IMG/VR virus record: IMGVR_UViG_3300011989_000257
Location: 348,515 to 412,514 of that record
Length of the DNA: 64,000 nucleotides
Reading direction: 5' to 3' (one strand)
Source of the DNA: a virus
Taxonomy: Duplodnaviria; Caudoviricetes
Shown here: positions 1 to 11,613 of the stretch, in pieces
Numbering within the stretch: position 1 is the stretch's first letter
Layout: every line of letters begins with the position of its first letter
Notes under the pieces: model-generated
Told to the model about the DNA's origin: nothing
Databases searched by the model: none
Seen by the model: only the letters and a program-made list of their open reading frames with translations
Made by a program: the position numbers and the translations under genes

Positions 1-1725
1 TATTATCTCACTTTGCAATAGGTTATTAGCAACATTGACGTTTAGATTTATTGGTATGTTTACATATCCATTCTTATTCTCAATCTCAAGGTTATCGAAT
101 ATATTATATGCGTCATCACTAGATATTGCGCCACTAACTGATGAAAATATTGATTGCCTTGATATCGGCTTTGAACCAAACACATTATTGTTTATCTGTA
201 ATGAATACCCATCTTGATTGGCTATGATTTCGCTAGCCAATTCTGTCTGCATTGTATGAATGGTTCCAGATGAATATTCATTTGGACTTATTGAGGCTTC
301 ACATATAAACAATGAGTTACCCTTAATCTCATCAACCACGAACTTTATCTTCCTTGGAATGGTCAATTCAGCAACATTGTCTCTGATGATATATCTATTG
401 CCTTCGATGGTAACACCAGAATATGAGTTTATATCATATGATTCATTCGTTGGTACATCCCCACTGACCATAACAAGCCCATATCTTTCTAGTTTATTAC
501 CATTTTTCTTCATTGGTACTTGTTCGTCCTCAATATTCACATATGCTATGTTAGAATTAAAATCATCATATGTAATGTCATACTCATTACCATTAATAAC
601 TGCTTTATCAAACAAGTTAGCCTCTGCATCATATCTGTTACCATCATAAAGGATTGCATTGTCTTCAAGGTCTATATATGATTCGTCACCATTTAACGTA
701 TAAACAAATGTGATTTCATCACCTACATTGATTGTTGCCCCTTGGTTTTCTAACATAACCATTATAAACCTAGAAGCACTAGTTTCCCTATAGTCCCCCA
801 ATATTTCATATGCATCATCATTAATCTTTATAAATGCCTTGAACTTATCCAAATCATTTATGTCTTGTGCATCATTGGTAGTAATCTCAATAATACTAGT
901 ATCATCATCAGTATATGCTGATACGTTATAATTGGTTATAACAGAAGGGTCATTTTCACTTGGGACTTGGCAAACATATTTACTACTACTAGGTATCACT
1001 GGACAATAGTCCTCACCATGTTTTGTATAGAAAAATTTCTCGCAATATTTAATGCTTTTAGGCTTATATTGTACAAATGGAATAGAATATGCCTTGAATT
1101 TGCATACATCATGTATCAATGACACATCATCGTATGGTATACAATCTATATCTCCTAATGCTGTTATATTAGTTCCTTTGTCAGTATATTTGATGCATCC
1201 TTTAGTACCATTTGGCTGTTGCTCATCTTTGTCGAATATGTATTTGTTACCATCAATGGTTACATATCCATCTTCAATCCAATAAACAGTATCAAGTTTT
1301 ATGAAATTACCATCTATAGTTGGCTCAACAGTTTTCTCAACTATTTTTGGTACATATTTCCCATTTTCATTTCTAGCAAATACTTCACACTGCCAATCCT
1401 TAATAGTAAATTTACCATTATTTTTATAGAAGAACCTACCATTAAGTTCAACATAATCGTTACCGTTGAATGTTTTAATTCGATATTTCTTACCCCTTAC
1501 TATAACATATCCAAGCCTTGTAACAACCTCGCATTCGACACTTAGTACTGAGTTGTTATTAGTCAAAGGGCTTATTACAGATATTGTATCATGTTTTTCA
1601 AGATGATATGATGAGTCTGTTACACCAGAAATAAATGATAAATCTGGTGCAACATATTTTTCCCTCCAAATTATGTTATTGTCTTTGAAATCGTTTTCAG
1701 TAAGTCTTACTTTATATTTTAACAT
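1..1725 (-). CDS. Large putative virion structural protein (partial, runs off window edge)
   Basis: ATG at 1725 overlaps the stop of the upstream gene; reads MLKYKVRLTENDFKDNNIIWREKYVAPDLSFISGVT; frame open where spot-checked, including position 1; continues the baseplate operon. Absent from the ORF track because it has no stop. Confidence 0.75.
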   Translation of the reverse strand, partial: MLKYKVRLTENDFKDNNIIWREKYVAPDLSFISGVTDSSYHLEKHDTISVISPLTNNNSVLSVECEVVTRLGYVIVRGKKYRIKTFNGNDYVELNGRFFYKNNGKFTIKDWQCEVFARNENGKYVPKIVEKTVEPTIDGNFIKLDTVYWIEDGYVTIDGNKYIFDKDEQQPNGTKGCIKYTDKGTNITALGDIDCIPYDDVSLIHDVCKFKAYSIPFVQYKPKSIKYCEKFFYTKHGEDYCPVIPSSSKYVCQVPSENDPSVITNYNVSAYTDDDTSIIEITTNDAQDINDLDKFKAFIKINDDAYEILGDYRETSASRFIMVMLENQGATINVGDEITFVYTLNGDESYIDLEDNAILYDGNRYDAEANLFDKAVINGNEYDITYDDFNSNIAYVNIEDEQVPMKKNGNKLERYGLVMVSGDVPTNESYDINSYSGVTIEGNRYIIRDNVAELTIPRKIKFVVDEIKGNSLFICEASISPNEYSSGTIHTMQTELASEIIANQDGYSLQINNNVFGSKPISRQSIFSSVSGAISSDDAYNIFDNLEIENKNGYVNIPINLNVNVANNLLQSEII

Positions 1726-4700
1726 ACTATATCTTTTTCTTTAACATAATTATTCTCATTCTCAATCTTTGCTTCCCTTCCAAGAATATCATCATCGGAA
1801 TAAAGTCCATATAAGTCATACGGGTCTTGTCTCTTTAGATATAAGTTGACTCTCTTATTGATGTAAAATGCCCCATTTGTGAAAGGATACTCTTCAATTG
1901 TCTTATCAGAAGGATTCATACCATTGTTTATTATATCACGCCATATGAATCTGCATGTGCCATCCCTAAGAATATGGGCATAAGAAGGTATGTTCAGATT
2001 ATCTATCTTAAACAGTCTATACCTTAACAGATTATCAGATGATGCGAATAAATCAGGTATTCTATCTGTCTTATTGCCTTCCTCATCATAGATGTTACAT
2101 ACAAATACCTTATCGTTGTCACCACTTATAGTCACACAGTAATATAGCTCATCAGTCTCAGTATCATATATCATCGCCTTGTCACCAACCCCTAGGAAAT
2201 GTTTTTCTAATACTGTTATCCTAGTTCCATTTGATGTATTTACCAAAGACCTTATATTAAGGAACATTGGCATTACAGAATTGATGGTACTGAATGTTTT
2301 TATTGGTATCTCATAGTGAGGTACATAATAATATCCCTCATTGTGATTATTGACATCTTTTTCAGTATTTGTTTTTATTTCATATTTATCATTTTTGTCG
2401 TAATCATCATTTTTAATCTCATCATAGATATATGTGTTAAAATATTCTGTCGATTCTGATTTATTCGATTCCCTCTGTGCGGTGTTGAATCTATGCAACA
2501 TTGGTTGTATATGCCTCTCAACAGCATTGAATGCATCATAATAGGACAAATCACCGTAATAACTTGTATCATAGTCATACCAGATTTCTTGAGCATCTAT
2601 ATGATATATATCTTTATCATCATAACCCCATTCTCTTTCGCCATTGATTAAACTACAATCATACCCAATATTCATACCATTATTATTTATCGACTTTATA
2701 TTCAGTATCCTGTAATCTCTAGCAGATTCTTCGCAACAATCAAATGCACAAGTAATCTTCCCAAAACAATGTGAATACTCTATACTATCTCCACTAACCT
2801 CACTGACATCCCAAGTATCTGCACTATTTGTAAAGCCATACCATTGTTTATACCCCTTATTGTTCTTAACCAATGTCAAATATACTGAAGATAATGGTCT
2901 TCCTAGATTATCTTTAAGATTTGATATATCTATATCATCTGTATAGACAATCTCTCCTATATCATCTGAATATATGTTCTTTGCAAAAGCTAGTCTTGAT
3001 ACATGGCTCTCAAAATCATATTTAGGGTCTTGATATTCCTTCAACAACCCGTTATCCTCACCATATAGGTCATATTCTGAAGTACCACCACTTGCAAACT
3101 TGAAATTAGGGACTCTTGAGAAAATCCTGACATAATATTCGCATTCAATGCCATTCACTACCTTTTTGAATGATATGTTTTGAGCATTTTTATCAAAATT
3201 GACATACCCATTATACCCCCTTCTTTTATTGACAATATAATATCTTTCTATAACCCCATCATCGTCATTGAACTCATAGAAGAAATCCTTTGTCTCATCA
3301 TCCAATACATATAGTGTACTTGCACTGTCACCACTTATAGTAATACCACTTATGATGTCATCATTTGACACTTCAACCCATGTATCACTTATCTGGACAT
3401 CAGCACCAAATAACGTGAAAATGTAATCATCTACGATTTCATCTACCTTTGCATTCTCAATTATCCTTTCAGTAATGGTCTCGCCACTCTCTTCATATGT
3501 CTTATATATATTTACATAATCACCTTTGGATAAACCATGCTTCGCAATACTGTACATAACCAATTGCGCAGTGCCATTATCAGACCTAGTATTCTCATCG
3601 AAATACATCACTTTCAATGAATTAACGCCATTGTTAGTCTCTATGATATCATCAAACCCATTTGTAGTAGATGAACTTGGATATGTTATGCAATAGTTCC
3701 AGTTTTTTTCTATCCTATGTTTGAAATTGTTCCACTTCGGTACAAATGAATATAAATCACGACTTGGATACATGTCAACGAAATCGCCACCATTCATATA
3801 CATTAATGGTCTTTCCAAACCCAAAGAGGAATTAGTATCAAAATCAAAATACGATTTTATCTTAGAAGAATTGATAAATCCAAACCACCCATTATATTTC
3901 TCGATAAGTTTGTTTTCTACTGCTTCGTCAAAGGTATATATGTCATCATATTCGTATAAGTGCCTCATTATCAGTTTAGCATTACCATCAACTTGAGCGC
4001 TTACTGGGAAATACATCTTCTCAATTACCTTATTACCATCAACATCACGCATTACGTCAGCAATTGTATTGAATGCAGTGTACTCTTCACTACCTTCATC
4101 ACTTTCTCTTTTACTTACTGGTTTGAATGTCTTACTTCTTATTAAATGATTATTGAATATATCCAATCCACAATGATATACGAAATGGCTACCTTTACTG
4201 TCATCCTTAGATAATTGCATATCCCTAATAGCATTTGCACAAGATATGCCACTTGAATCACCAAAAGGCTTTGTAGTACCGTCAGTTTCGCTTAAAGTTA
4301 TCACAGCTTCTGATAAAGGGGTTTCATATGATAGTGATTCAATCATGCTAGTATATTGTGATGTATTACCACTCCAAAATTCCATCGTCTTTGGCTTGTA
4401 TTTCACATTATCAAATATACAATAACTAGATGCATTGTCTTCTCCACAAGCGCTAGCCTCAGTGTTACTAAAGCCATAATTAAGCATTGTAAGCCCACTA
4501 CTCCCCTCATCCTTTACAATCTCAGTCACACGGTTAAAAAGCACGTTAGAACAAACAGGATTCACTTGACATGTAAGTCTTATTATGTTACATGCCTCTC
4601 TTTCCTTTGAATATTGGTCATATGCACTTATTACATATGACATGTCAGTGGATGGTAAAAGCCTTCTTTTACCACCCAAAGCCACGTTTAAACCACTTGT

Positions 4701-4754
4701 ATTGCTGACAGATTTCTTACTGCCGAATTCATTAAGAAAAATTTGAGTATCCAT
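1719..4754 (-). CDS. Putative virion structural protein (1011 aa)
   Basis: Long ORF in the operon downstream of baseplate genes; D/N/Y-rich; no enzyme motif recognised. Confidence 0.65.
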   Translation of the reverse strand: MDTQIFLNEFGSKKSVSNTSGLNVALGGKRRLLPSTDMSYVISAYDQYSKEREACNIIRLTCQVNPVCSNVLFNRVTEIVKDEGSSGLTMLNYGFSNTEASACGEDNASSYCIFDNVKYKPKTMEFWSGNTSQYTSMIESLSYETPLSEAVITLSETDGTTKPFGDSSGISCANAIRDMQLSKDDSKGSHFVYHCGLDIFNNHLIRSKTFKPVSKRESDEGSEEYTAFNTIADVMRDVDGNKVIEKMYFPVSAQVDGNAKLIMRHLYEYDDIYTFDEAVENKLIEKYNGWFGFINSSKIKSYFDFDTNSSLGLERPLMYMNGGDFVDMYPSRDLYSFVPKWNNFKHRIEKNWNYCITYPSSSTTNGFDDIIETNNGVNSLKVMYFDENTRSDNGTAQLVMYSIAKHGLSKGDYVNIYKTYEESGETITERIIENAKVDEIVDDYIFTLFGADVQISDTWVEVSNDDIISGITISGDSASTLYVLDDETKDFFYEFNDDDGVIERYYIVNKRRGYNGYVNFDKNAQNISFKKVVNGIECEYYVRIFSRVPNFKFASGGTSEYDLYGEDNGLLKEYQDPKYDFESHVSRLAFAKNIYSDDIGEIVYTDDIDISNLKDNLGRPLSSVYLTLVKNNKGYKQWYGFTNSADTWDVSEVSGDSIEYSHCFGKITCAFDCCEESARDYRILNIKSINNNGMNIGYDCSLINGEREWGYDDKDIYHIDAQEIWYDYDTSYYGDLSYYDAFNAVERHIQPMLHRFNTAQRESNKSESTEYFNTYIYDEIKNDDYDKNDKYEIKTNTEKDVNNHNEGYYYVPHYEIPIKTFSTINSVMPMFLNIRSLVNTSNGTRITVLEKHFLGVGDKAMIYDTETDELYYCVTISGDNDKVFVCNIYDEEGNKTDRIPDLFASSDNLLRYRLFKIDNLNIPSYAHILRDGTCRFIWRDIINNGMNPSDKTIEEYPFTNGAFYINKRVNLYLKRQDPYDLYGLYSDDDILGREAKIENENNYVKEKDIVC

Positions 4755-4758
4755 TTAA

Positions 4759-7700
4759 TTAAATTATAATCTGTGCTTCTGTTATTGTAAAATGGTCTTT
4801 TTCGGGTAATTCTTTACTATTGCCACTAAGCATAAAAGGTCCGATTTTATAAGAGAAACCAGAACTTGTTTTTGCCATTAAATAGCATCTCCATTGCTTT
4901 CCACTATCTAACAATGTGCCCATTTCTGGAGTCCATTTTCCGCTTATACGTACTATCATTGAATTATCATTCTCGCTTTCACCACTAACTTGGCATCCAA
5001 CTTGATACTGAGTTGTGTAATCATCAAACACCAATGTGAATGACATGCTATCAAAACTAGCAAATGCTTGATTTGCAATACTAGTTGGATTTCCGTTAGC
5101 AGCATCAACCTTAATTTCAAATGCTGTAGTTTGAATGTATTGAATTTCTTCAGTGCCACCGCTTAACTTCATATCCTTTGCCTCAACATAGCTCAATGGG
5201 GCGCTTTCTGTTCCACTAACAAATTTCATTAATATATCCCTAGCATCGAATAGTTCACTTGTTTCAATCGTTCTAACTTTTTTAGTTAATCTACTATTAG
5301 AGTTATCAACACAATATTTATCAACTAATATTGAGAATACCTTTACGTCATCTAAGTTAATACTAGTTCTAAATGCAATTTTATCAAAATTGTCATTATC
5401 TGTTGTGATAAATGATTCGCTGCTTTCTTCCCAAAATGACGAGAAATCATCAAGTATCTTTTGGTCATTCGCACCTATTAAAGAATTAGTTTCAATGGAT
5501 ATTCCATCTGGCAATATGACATCTCTTAAATCAATGCCAAATAAATACAAATAAAACCCACCATCAAATTTATATAAAGTAACATCATTAATTGCTTCAT
5601 CAACTGTTTTACTAGCCTTTATTTCTCCAGTTGGTGTTGCTGTTTTAAAGTATGTTATGCCATCAACGCCATCAATGTATGGCAACACTTTAATTACCCT
5701 TGGAAGTGCTGTATATACGTCAAACTCATCAGATATAGTTTTATTTAAAGTGAAATAAAGATTAGCAACGGATGCATTAAATCTAGTATAATCACTTCCA
5801 TTTTCACCTAAAGAATATTCCACATTGCCAACATCATTTTTCTCACTTGGGTATTGCATAAATCTTATAGGATTCTCAAATGATAAGTCAACATCAATTC
5901 CTTCTCCTTCCTTTGCTTCAGCAGTTATTGTACTGTCTTCATTGATTACGCTTCTCACACCGCCATATGAGCATGGGGTAATTGTCATCGAATAACTACC
6001 CATAGGTAATATGTTACATATATCTACATATCTTCTAGTTGGGTATTTATTGGACATAACTGCATCATCCCTATTAAAGTCACCATTATAATAACTTGCT
6101 TGGCCACTTGGGTATAAAAATACATAAGGCGTATATCCGCTAGAATCATATGATGGCTGTCCACTAGCAACATATTTACTTAGCCTATTCTTGTTGAATG
6201 TTGACCAGAAATAATCCCTAATGTCAACACCAAGCAACGATGCTTCATAGAAACGCTTGTTCATGGTTTCTCCATCTGTAGGTGTATACCCACTTGCAAG
6301 GTCTCTCTCCCAAAATACATCAGTTGGCTCATTATAAATCGTTATGGCATCCGTTTCACCACTTGATATGCTATAACTATACTCCAAGAATGTATTTGCA
6401 GAAGCACTGATAATATCAGTTGTTGCGGAATCAACGATAGTTTCAGCACTGATTATGTTATAATCCTCATCATATGACATCTCGATACCATTGTAGAATG
6501 TTCCAAATACACGAGCAGACTTCCAAAGTTTGTCCATATCTTTACTTTCATCATTATGTTCGTATAGATTGAACTTAGTGCCAACAGCTGGACCGATGAA
6601 TGTCAAATCATAGTCAAGCCTCCTATCAACTGTCAATGCTCTAAGATATGGCTGTGATTTTTTGCCTTCGTCTTTGTCATATGCATATGGAAATGAAGTA
6701 ATACTACCTTTCTCTTGCTTCCCTTTTGGCTTAGTATTTTCGTTAACATTAACAAGGGCATAACTTGGACTCTTTATAACCACCTCTTTAGGGTCAATTT
6801 CTTTTTTGTTTATATAGCCACCGTCATTGGTGAATGCTGCAAAGTAGTTACCTAATTTATCTGTATTATTATAAAAATCATTAAACGTTGGTATGCCACT
6901 TCGTGCTTCATCATCTCCATATATAGCATAGTTATTACCAATGATATTTGGCAGTTGTCTAGTAACCGTAACATAATTGGTGTCACCAAAGACATATTGG
7001 GAATTAGCAGTCCTAGAGTTCCCATAGTAAGGGGTAACACTTCTGTACAATGTAGGTTGTACACCACCGACAGAAGTGTATCTGAACTCTCCAGATACAT
7101 ATACTGCATTTGATAAACTAAACATCTTATCAAACTTATAATCAATAATGCTCAGTTTCGCAACTGGGTCTGTAATTCTTCTTCCACCAAATTTAATGAA
7201 ATCCTCCCATATTATCTCATTTTCTGAAACTGTATCATTAAATCTATACGTATCTTCTTGATGTACACCAAACCATCCTCTAACACCTTCATCAGTTGCA
7301 TTACTAACATGTTCACTTCTGTAAAAATAATTACCATTCGCAATAGAAGCATGTGAATCATCATTATTAGTGCCAAGCATGAATCTAGTAGGCATTGTAT
7401 TTAAGAATGTATTGAAATTCTCGCCATTTGGGACTTTTACAATTTCTGATGTCTTATTCTCCTCTAGTTCAGTACATGTTTCTGCCTCACCACTTTCAGC
7501 ACAGCATTGTTTTAATTCCATCATATACCTCTTTGGCTTATATACATTGAATTGTATGTAGGAACGTTGATTTTCCCCTTCTCCTTCTGTTTTTACACTC
7601 ACTCTAGGTTCATCTGGTTCTCCGCATAAGCATTCCTTTATCTCATCGTAGCGTTCAGCCTCAATGGTACTGAAATGAAGATAAACTGTTCCACCACTTA

Positions 7701-10700
7701 TCTTACCATTGGTTGATTTCAAGCCTGAGATTTCAAATACATATTCACCTTCATCACTTGTTTCTCCTGATTCAAAGCTAGTGGTACTAGAAATTGGACA
7801 ATCCATACCATCGATTACAATGTCATCGATTTCAATCCTTCCATAGAATTCATTATCTTCATCGCATATATATTCCTTTGGAGAATTGGCTACATCATAA
7901 AATTTAGTGCCAAGTTTATAGGATGCATAATTCAAAGAAAGAGTTGGCATACTAAGTTCAATTCTTCTGTTAACCTTCTTACCGTTATCATCCATTACAA
8001 CCAAGTTATACGTTTGATTGGTAAGACCAGAAAGTCCGTACTCATTCTCAACTATCACACCATCTTGGTATTTAACTTTACCATCACCATCATTACTAAC
8101 ATCACCAATAGTAAACGTTAATGCTGTCATATTGGTTTCACCTATAACAACTTCGCCATACGAGTCATATAATGTATATGAATAAGGGATTTGTATATCA
8201 TCAAGTTCTACCTTTATATATCCATAAGAATCTGTGATGCTAGAATATGCTGTAGGGCAGTATGACTTGCCCTTAGTATCAAGGTTAAGCGAGAATGGTT
8301 CAATTTCGTTGCCAACACAATCTGCCATGTATAGGTTATTGAACTTATCAATTGCGGTATTTCCTTTGTTTATGCCAAAATAGAAATAGAATGAATTGTT
8401 ATACAAAGGAAAGTGGAAAGCATCTCCCTCTTTATAGTAGAAATGCCTGTATCTTCCATGAGCACCTTCTTTATCGCCACCAAGCCTAAATGTTAGATAC
8501 GCTTGGTCTTGCTCATCATACATTGCTTGTTCAAACCCATTCTGGTATCTCTTCATTATCTCATCCATTCTGCCATCAAAGTCTGTTGGATAAATGAACC
8601 TGAACTTAGGAACAAGATATGTTGTATTCTCATCTTCAACTTGTGTTGTATATCCGCTTATACTATCTTGATATGCTTGCGGCACAAAACCAATGTGATT
8701 TAACGTTGCGAACATTGCACGATTATCCATATCATCAAGTTCATACTTGGTGATAAAACCGTCAGCCTCGATTACACCTCTTTGTATATTATTGCCATTC
8801 CTTGAATAAGACATATTGTATGTCATGTCAAGGTTAACACCTAATTCACTAAGTCTCTCCACGTTAATGCAAGACTTTAGTTTTGTGTCTGCGTATGTAC
8901 AAGCAAGGTCTAAGAGTAGACCACTTCCATAAGTAGGTACTGCCTCATCTCCACCTCTACGCCAAACCATACCATTAGTAATGGTTGTACCGCTATCTTC
9001 ACTTTGTGTAGAATCGTATTTGTTGTTTTCTACCTTCTTATCTTCATCCTCTAGACTTTCTTCTATTGAGGCAATTGGTGGTATATTTGCTGTTGTTGAT
9101 GGCAATACTTTAAAGAACTGAGGTATACCATACAGATTGTCCTCATTCAAGTTACCCAATAGTATTATGTCAGTCGCATATAGTCTTATCACAAAGAAAC
9201 CTTCTTTACGAGTTTCAATTGGTTCATAATAGTTATCATCAGTAGGCTGCATCGCAACATAATAATATGCAGTCAAGCCATCCTTATTGGTAACACCCTT
9301 GATAAGACCATTTGGAAAACGGACACCACCAGACCTACTTCTATGCCATCTATCTTCTTCAGAACTACTAGCAGATGATTCAACAGTCAAGTTTTCATCT
9401 TCATATGGGATATCGCAAGTGAAATATGTCTTAAGCCTACTGTATGTCCTATCACAATCGCAAAACTCATTCTTTGCGCTACTGCTGAACAAACCAAACA
9501 AGAATGTCTTCTTTTTTCTTTTTCTCCAATACCATAGCGGCATGTAAAGGCAACCATTCACCCAATCTTGATGGAAATCCAATTTAACCACATTATATTG
9601 GAGTGCTAGATTTTCTTGGATGATGTCTAGTAATTCGCCCATATTCTCACTCTTCCTACAGTTTGGTACTTCTGGGTCACAATCAGCGGCATCTTTTCCC
9701 TTACCACAATAACACCCAGGAAGATACATTACATTGCCTTCAGTTAAGCCAGCTGCCAATTGAACACAAGCAATATATGGTATATCTGGAATCCATTTAA
9801 ACAAATACTTAATAGGCCAAGGCTTCTTTAATAATCCAAACACATTGTTAATCAATTGAATCATTGCATTCAATGGGCAAATCAACGTTGCATTTATAAA
9901 TGCTATGATAACCATTACTATAGTGAATAGGATGCACACAATCATATACATAAATGGTATTTCAATCTGCATCTTATTGAATGGTATAGGATTTTGGTTA
10001 TCAGTGATATTACTCCCTTTCAATGAGCCATAGTTAGGTGAATATGGTCTATGTGCCACTTGTACCTTTGGTATATAGTTCTTTACAGAATATACATTAT
10101 TCCAATAAAGGTCACGGAAACAACTTTGTGGTGTATTTGAACCGAAGTTATACAAACGTTCAAAATTAGCGCCATCAAGTAATGACTTTGGCTTCATTTC
10201 ATCTTCCTTTATAGGAGGATTCATTGGTACAAGGTATTTTGCTGTATGACGAGATACACCTTCATCACCAGTTTCTGTTTTACTGAATCTAAACCTTACT
10301 TGTGTCCTTGTAGGGATACCCTTATTTGGGTTATCTGTTGGTATTATGTTACCGTATTCATCAGTACCTATATAATCTAGGTTCATTGGAATCTGATAGC
10401 ACCACACGCCATCACTGTCAATAAGCCTATTTCCTTGAATCTGGTATTCTTCAACAAGTCCATCAACAGTTTTACGAATCATCTCAATTGTGCCTTCTCC
10501 AGCAACCAATTGATTGTTCATGCCGTTTTCTTCAGATGGGGCACATTTATGCCCTATTGCATTAGCCTCATTGTCAGATATGATTGCACCCATGAATATA
10601 CAAGTTGGTTCAAATTTATAATCAACTTGCACATCGCATCTCGTAATCGATGCAATACCATTCTCAATATCACCCCAGAATGGATAAACAAATACGCTCT

Positions 10701-11343
10701 TATTCTGTGATATTATCTGCCTCAGATTATCAAGGTTAGTGCTAGACTTAAATTGATTTGCATTATCGAATTCAGTCATATTATATCCTTTATATAGGAA
10801 ATCACGAGGTTTTTGGGATAATATACCAATGTCCGAAAGGTCAATATCAGTGTGAATCTGTTGAGAACCCGTTGGGATGCCAAATATCATGTAATCACCC
10901 GCATTGTTGGTAACTGTAGTATATTTCCAATATTTCTCATATACCTCAAGATATGTATCATCATCCAATAATAATCTCTTATTAGGGAATGTTCCAACAA
11001 TTCTATAACATTCGTCATCACTATAATCTGGCAACAAATTATATCTTATGTTTTTCCTATCCTTTGTTGTGACATCATTATAAGGATATATATTCTCAAT
11101 TTCGGTGGTATCACTGTTATCTCTCTCGATGAATATGGAAACCTTTGCATTAGGAATACCAAATGCATCATTAGCAAGAACCCTTCCAACTATAACGCCA
11201 TAGTTGGAAGAGTGTATCTTATAAGCATCCTTCTGGGCAAGTTTCAATGACAACACTTCAAGAAACTCAAAGTCTTGTTTCATATTAACATTGAGAACTG
11301 TATCCTTAGATATATTAGTATGTATTCTGTATGATTTATCCAT
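4759..11343 (-). CDS. Very large putative virion/baseplate-associated protein (2194 aa)
   Basis: Long ORF after the baseplate wedge gene; N-terminal GRV...GIPNAKVSIF prealbumin-like segment, internal hydrophobic helix and Cys-rich region. Confidence 0.65.
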   Translation of the reverse strand: MDKSYRIHTNISKDTVLNVNMKQDFEFLEVLSLKLAQKDAYKIHSSNYGVIVGRVLANDAFGIPNAKVSIFIERDNSDTTEIENIYPYNDVTTKDRKNIRYNLLPDYSDDECYRIVGTFPNKRLLLDDDTYLEVYEKYWKYTTVTNNAGDYMIFGIPTGSQQIHTDIDLSDIGILSQKPRDFLYKGYNMTEFDNANQFKSSTNLDNLRQIISQNKSVFVYPFWGDIENGIASITRCDVQVDYKFEPTCIFMGAIISDNEANAIGHKCAPSEENGMNNQLVAGEGTIEMIRKTVDGLVEEYQIQGNRLIDSDGVWCYQIPMNLDYIGTDEYGNIIPTDNPNKGIPTRTQVRFRFSKTETGDEGVSRHTAKYLVPMNPPIKEDEMKPKSLLDGANFERLYNFGSNTPQSCFRDLYWNNVYSVKNYIPKVQVAHRPYSPNYGSLKGSNITDNQNPIPFNKMQIEIPFMYMIVCILFTIVMVIIAFINATLICPLNAMIQLINNVFGLLKKPWPIKYLFKWIPDIPYIACVQLAAGLTEGNVMYLPGCYCGKGKDAADCDPEVPNCRKSENMGELLDIIQENLALQYNVVKLDFHQDWVNGCLYMPLWYWRKRKKKTFLFGLFSSSAKNEFCDCDRTYSRLKTYFTCDIPYEDENLTVESSASSSEEDRWHRSRSGGVRFPNGLIKGVTNKDGLTAYYYVAMQPTDDNYYEPIETRKEGFFVIRLYATDIILLGNLNEDNLYGIPQFFKVLPSTTANIPPIASIEESLEDEDKKVENNKYDSTQSEDSGTTITNGMVWRRGGDEAVPTYGSGLLLDLACTYADTKLKSCINVERLSELGVNLDMTYNMSYSRNGNNIQRGVIEADGFITKYELDDMDNRAMFATLNHIGFVPQAYQDSISGYTTQVEDENTTYLVPKFRFIYPTDFDGRMDEIMKRYQNGFEQAMYDEQDQAYLTFRLGGDKEGAHGRYRHFYYKEGDAFHFPLYNNSFYFYFGINKGNTAIDKFNNLYMADCVGNEIEPFSLNLDTKGKSYCPTAYSSITDSYGYIKVELDDIQIPYSYTLYDSYGEVVIGETNMTALTFTIGDVSNDGDGKVKYQDGVIVENEYGLSGLTNQTYNLVVMDDNGKKVNRRIELSMPTLSLNYASYKLGTKFYDVANSPKEYICDEDNEFYGRIEIDDIVIDGMDCPISSTTSFESGETSDEGEYVFEISGLKSTNGKISGGTVYLHFSTIEAERYDEIKECLCGEPDEPRVSVKTEGEGENQRSYIQFNVYKPKRYMMELKQCCAESGEAETCTELEENKTSEIVKVPNGENFNTFLNTMPTRFMLGTNNDDSHASIANGNYFYRSEHVSNATDEGVRGWFGVHQEDTYRFNDTVSENEIIWEDFIKFGGRRITDPVAKLSIIDYKFDKMFSLSNAVYVSGEFRYTSVGGVQPTLYRSVTPYYGNSRTANSQYVFGDTNYVTVTRQLPNIIGNNYAIYGDDEARSGIPTFNDFYNNTDKLGNYFAAFTNDGGYINKKEIDPKEVVIKSPSYALVNVNENTKPKGKQEKGSITSFPYAYDKDEGKKSQPYLRALTVDRRLDYDLTFIGPAVGTKFNLYEHNDESKDMDKLWKSARVFGTFYNGIEMSYDEDYNIISAETIVDSATTDIISASANTFLEYSYSISSGETDAITIYNEPTDVFWERDLASGYTPTDGETMNKRFYEASLLGVDIRDYFWSTFNKNRLSKYVASGQPSYDSSGYTPYVFLYPSGQASYYNGDFNRDDAVMSNKYPTRRYVDICNILPMGSYSMTITPCSYGGVRSVINEDSTITAEAKEGEGIDVDLSFENPIRFMQYPSEKNDVGNVEYSLGENGSDYTRFNASVANLYFTLNKTISDEFDVYTALPRVIKVLPYIDGVDGITYFKTATPTGEIKASKTVDEAINDVTLYKFDGGFYLYLFGIDLRDVILPDGISIETNSLIGANDQKILDDFSSFWEESSESFITTDNDNFDKIAFRTSINLDDVKVFSILVDKYCVDNSNSRLTKKVRTIETSELFDARDILMKFVSGTESAPLSYVEAKDMKLSGGTEEIQYIQTTAFEIKVDAANGNPTSIANQAFASFDSMSFTLVFDDYTTQYQVGCQVSGESENDNSMIVRISGKWTPEMGTLLDSGKQWRCYLMAKTSSGFSYKIGPFMLSGNSKELPEKDHFTITEAQIII

Positions 11344-11350
11344 AAATTAC

Positions 11351-11593
11351 CTATTTCTTTCTCATATATTTTGACATGAACTCTGGTAATACAATTGGTT
11401 CACTATTTTTGAAAATCATTTTATATAATGCAATTATAATTATGGTAGGAGCTACTACCATTGTGATTAATATTGCAAACGTAAAAATCATTATTCTATA
11501 TGATAATCTAAACCCCTTTTCTAACGTGGTCTCTTCTTGAGGAACACCATATTTGTCCTCAATTTCAATCTTTTTCTTACAATTACATGCCAT
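11351..11593 (-). CDS. Small membrane protein with N-terminal MACNCK motif
   Basis: 80 aa, one long hydrophobic segment, tightly packed in operon. Confidence 0.7.
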   Translation of the reverse strand: MACNCKKKIEIEDKYGVPQEETTLEKGFRLSYRIMIFTFAILITMVVAPTIIIIALYKMIFKNSEPIVLPEFMSKYMRKK

Positions 11594-11613
11594 AACACTA
11601 TTTTCGTTAACAA

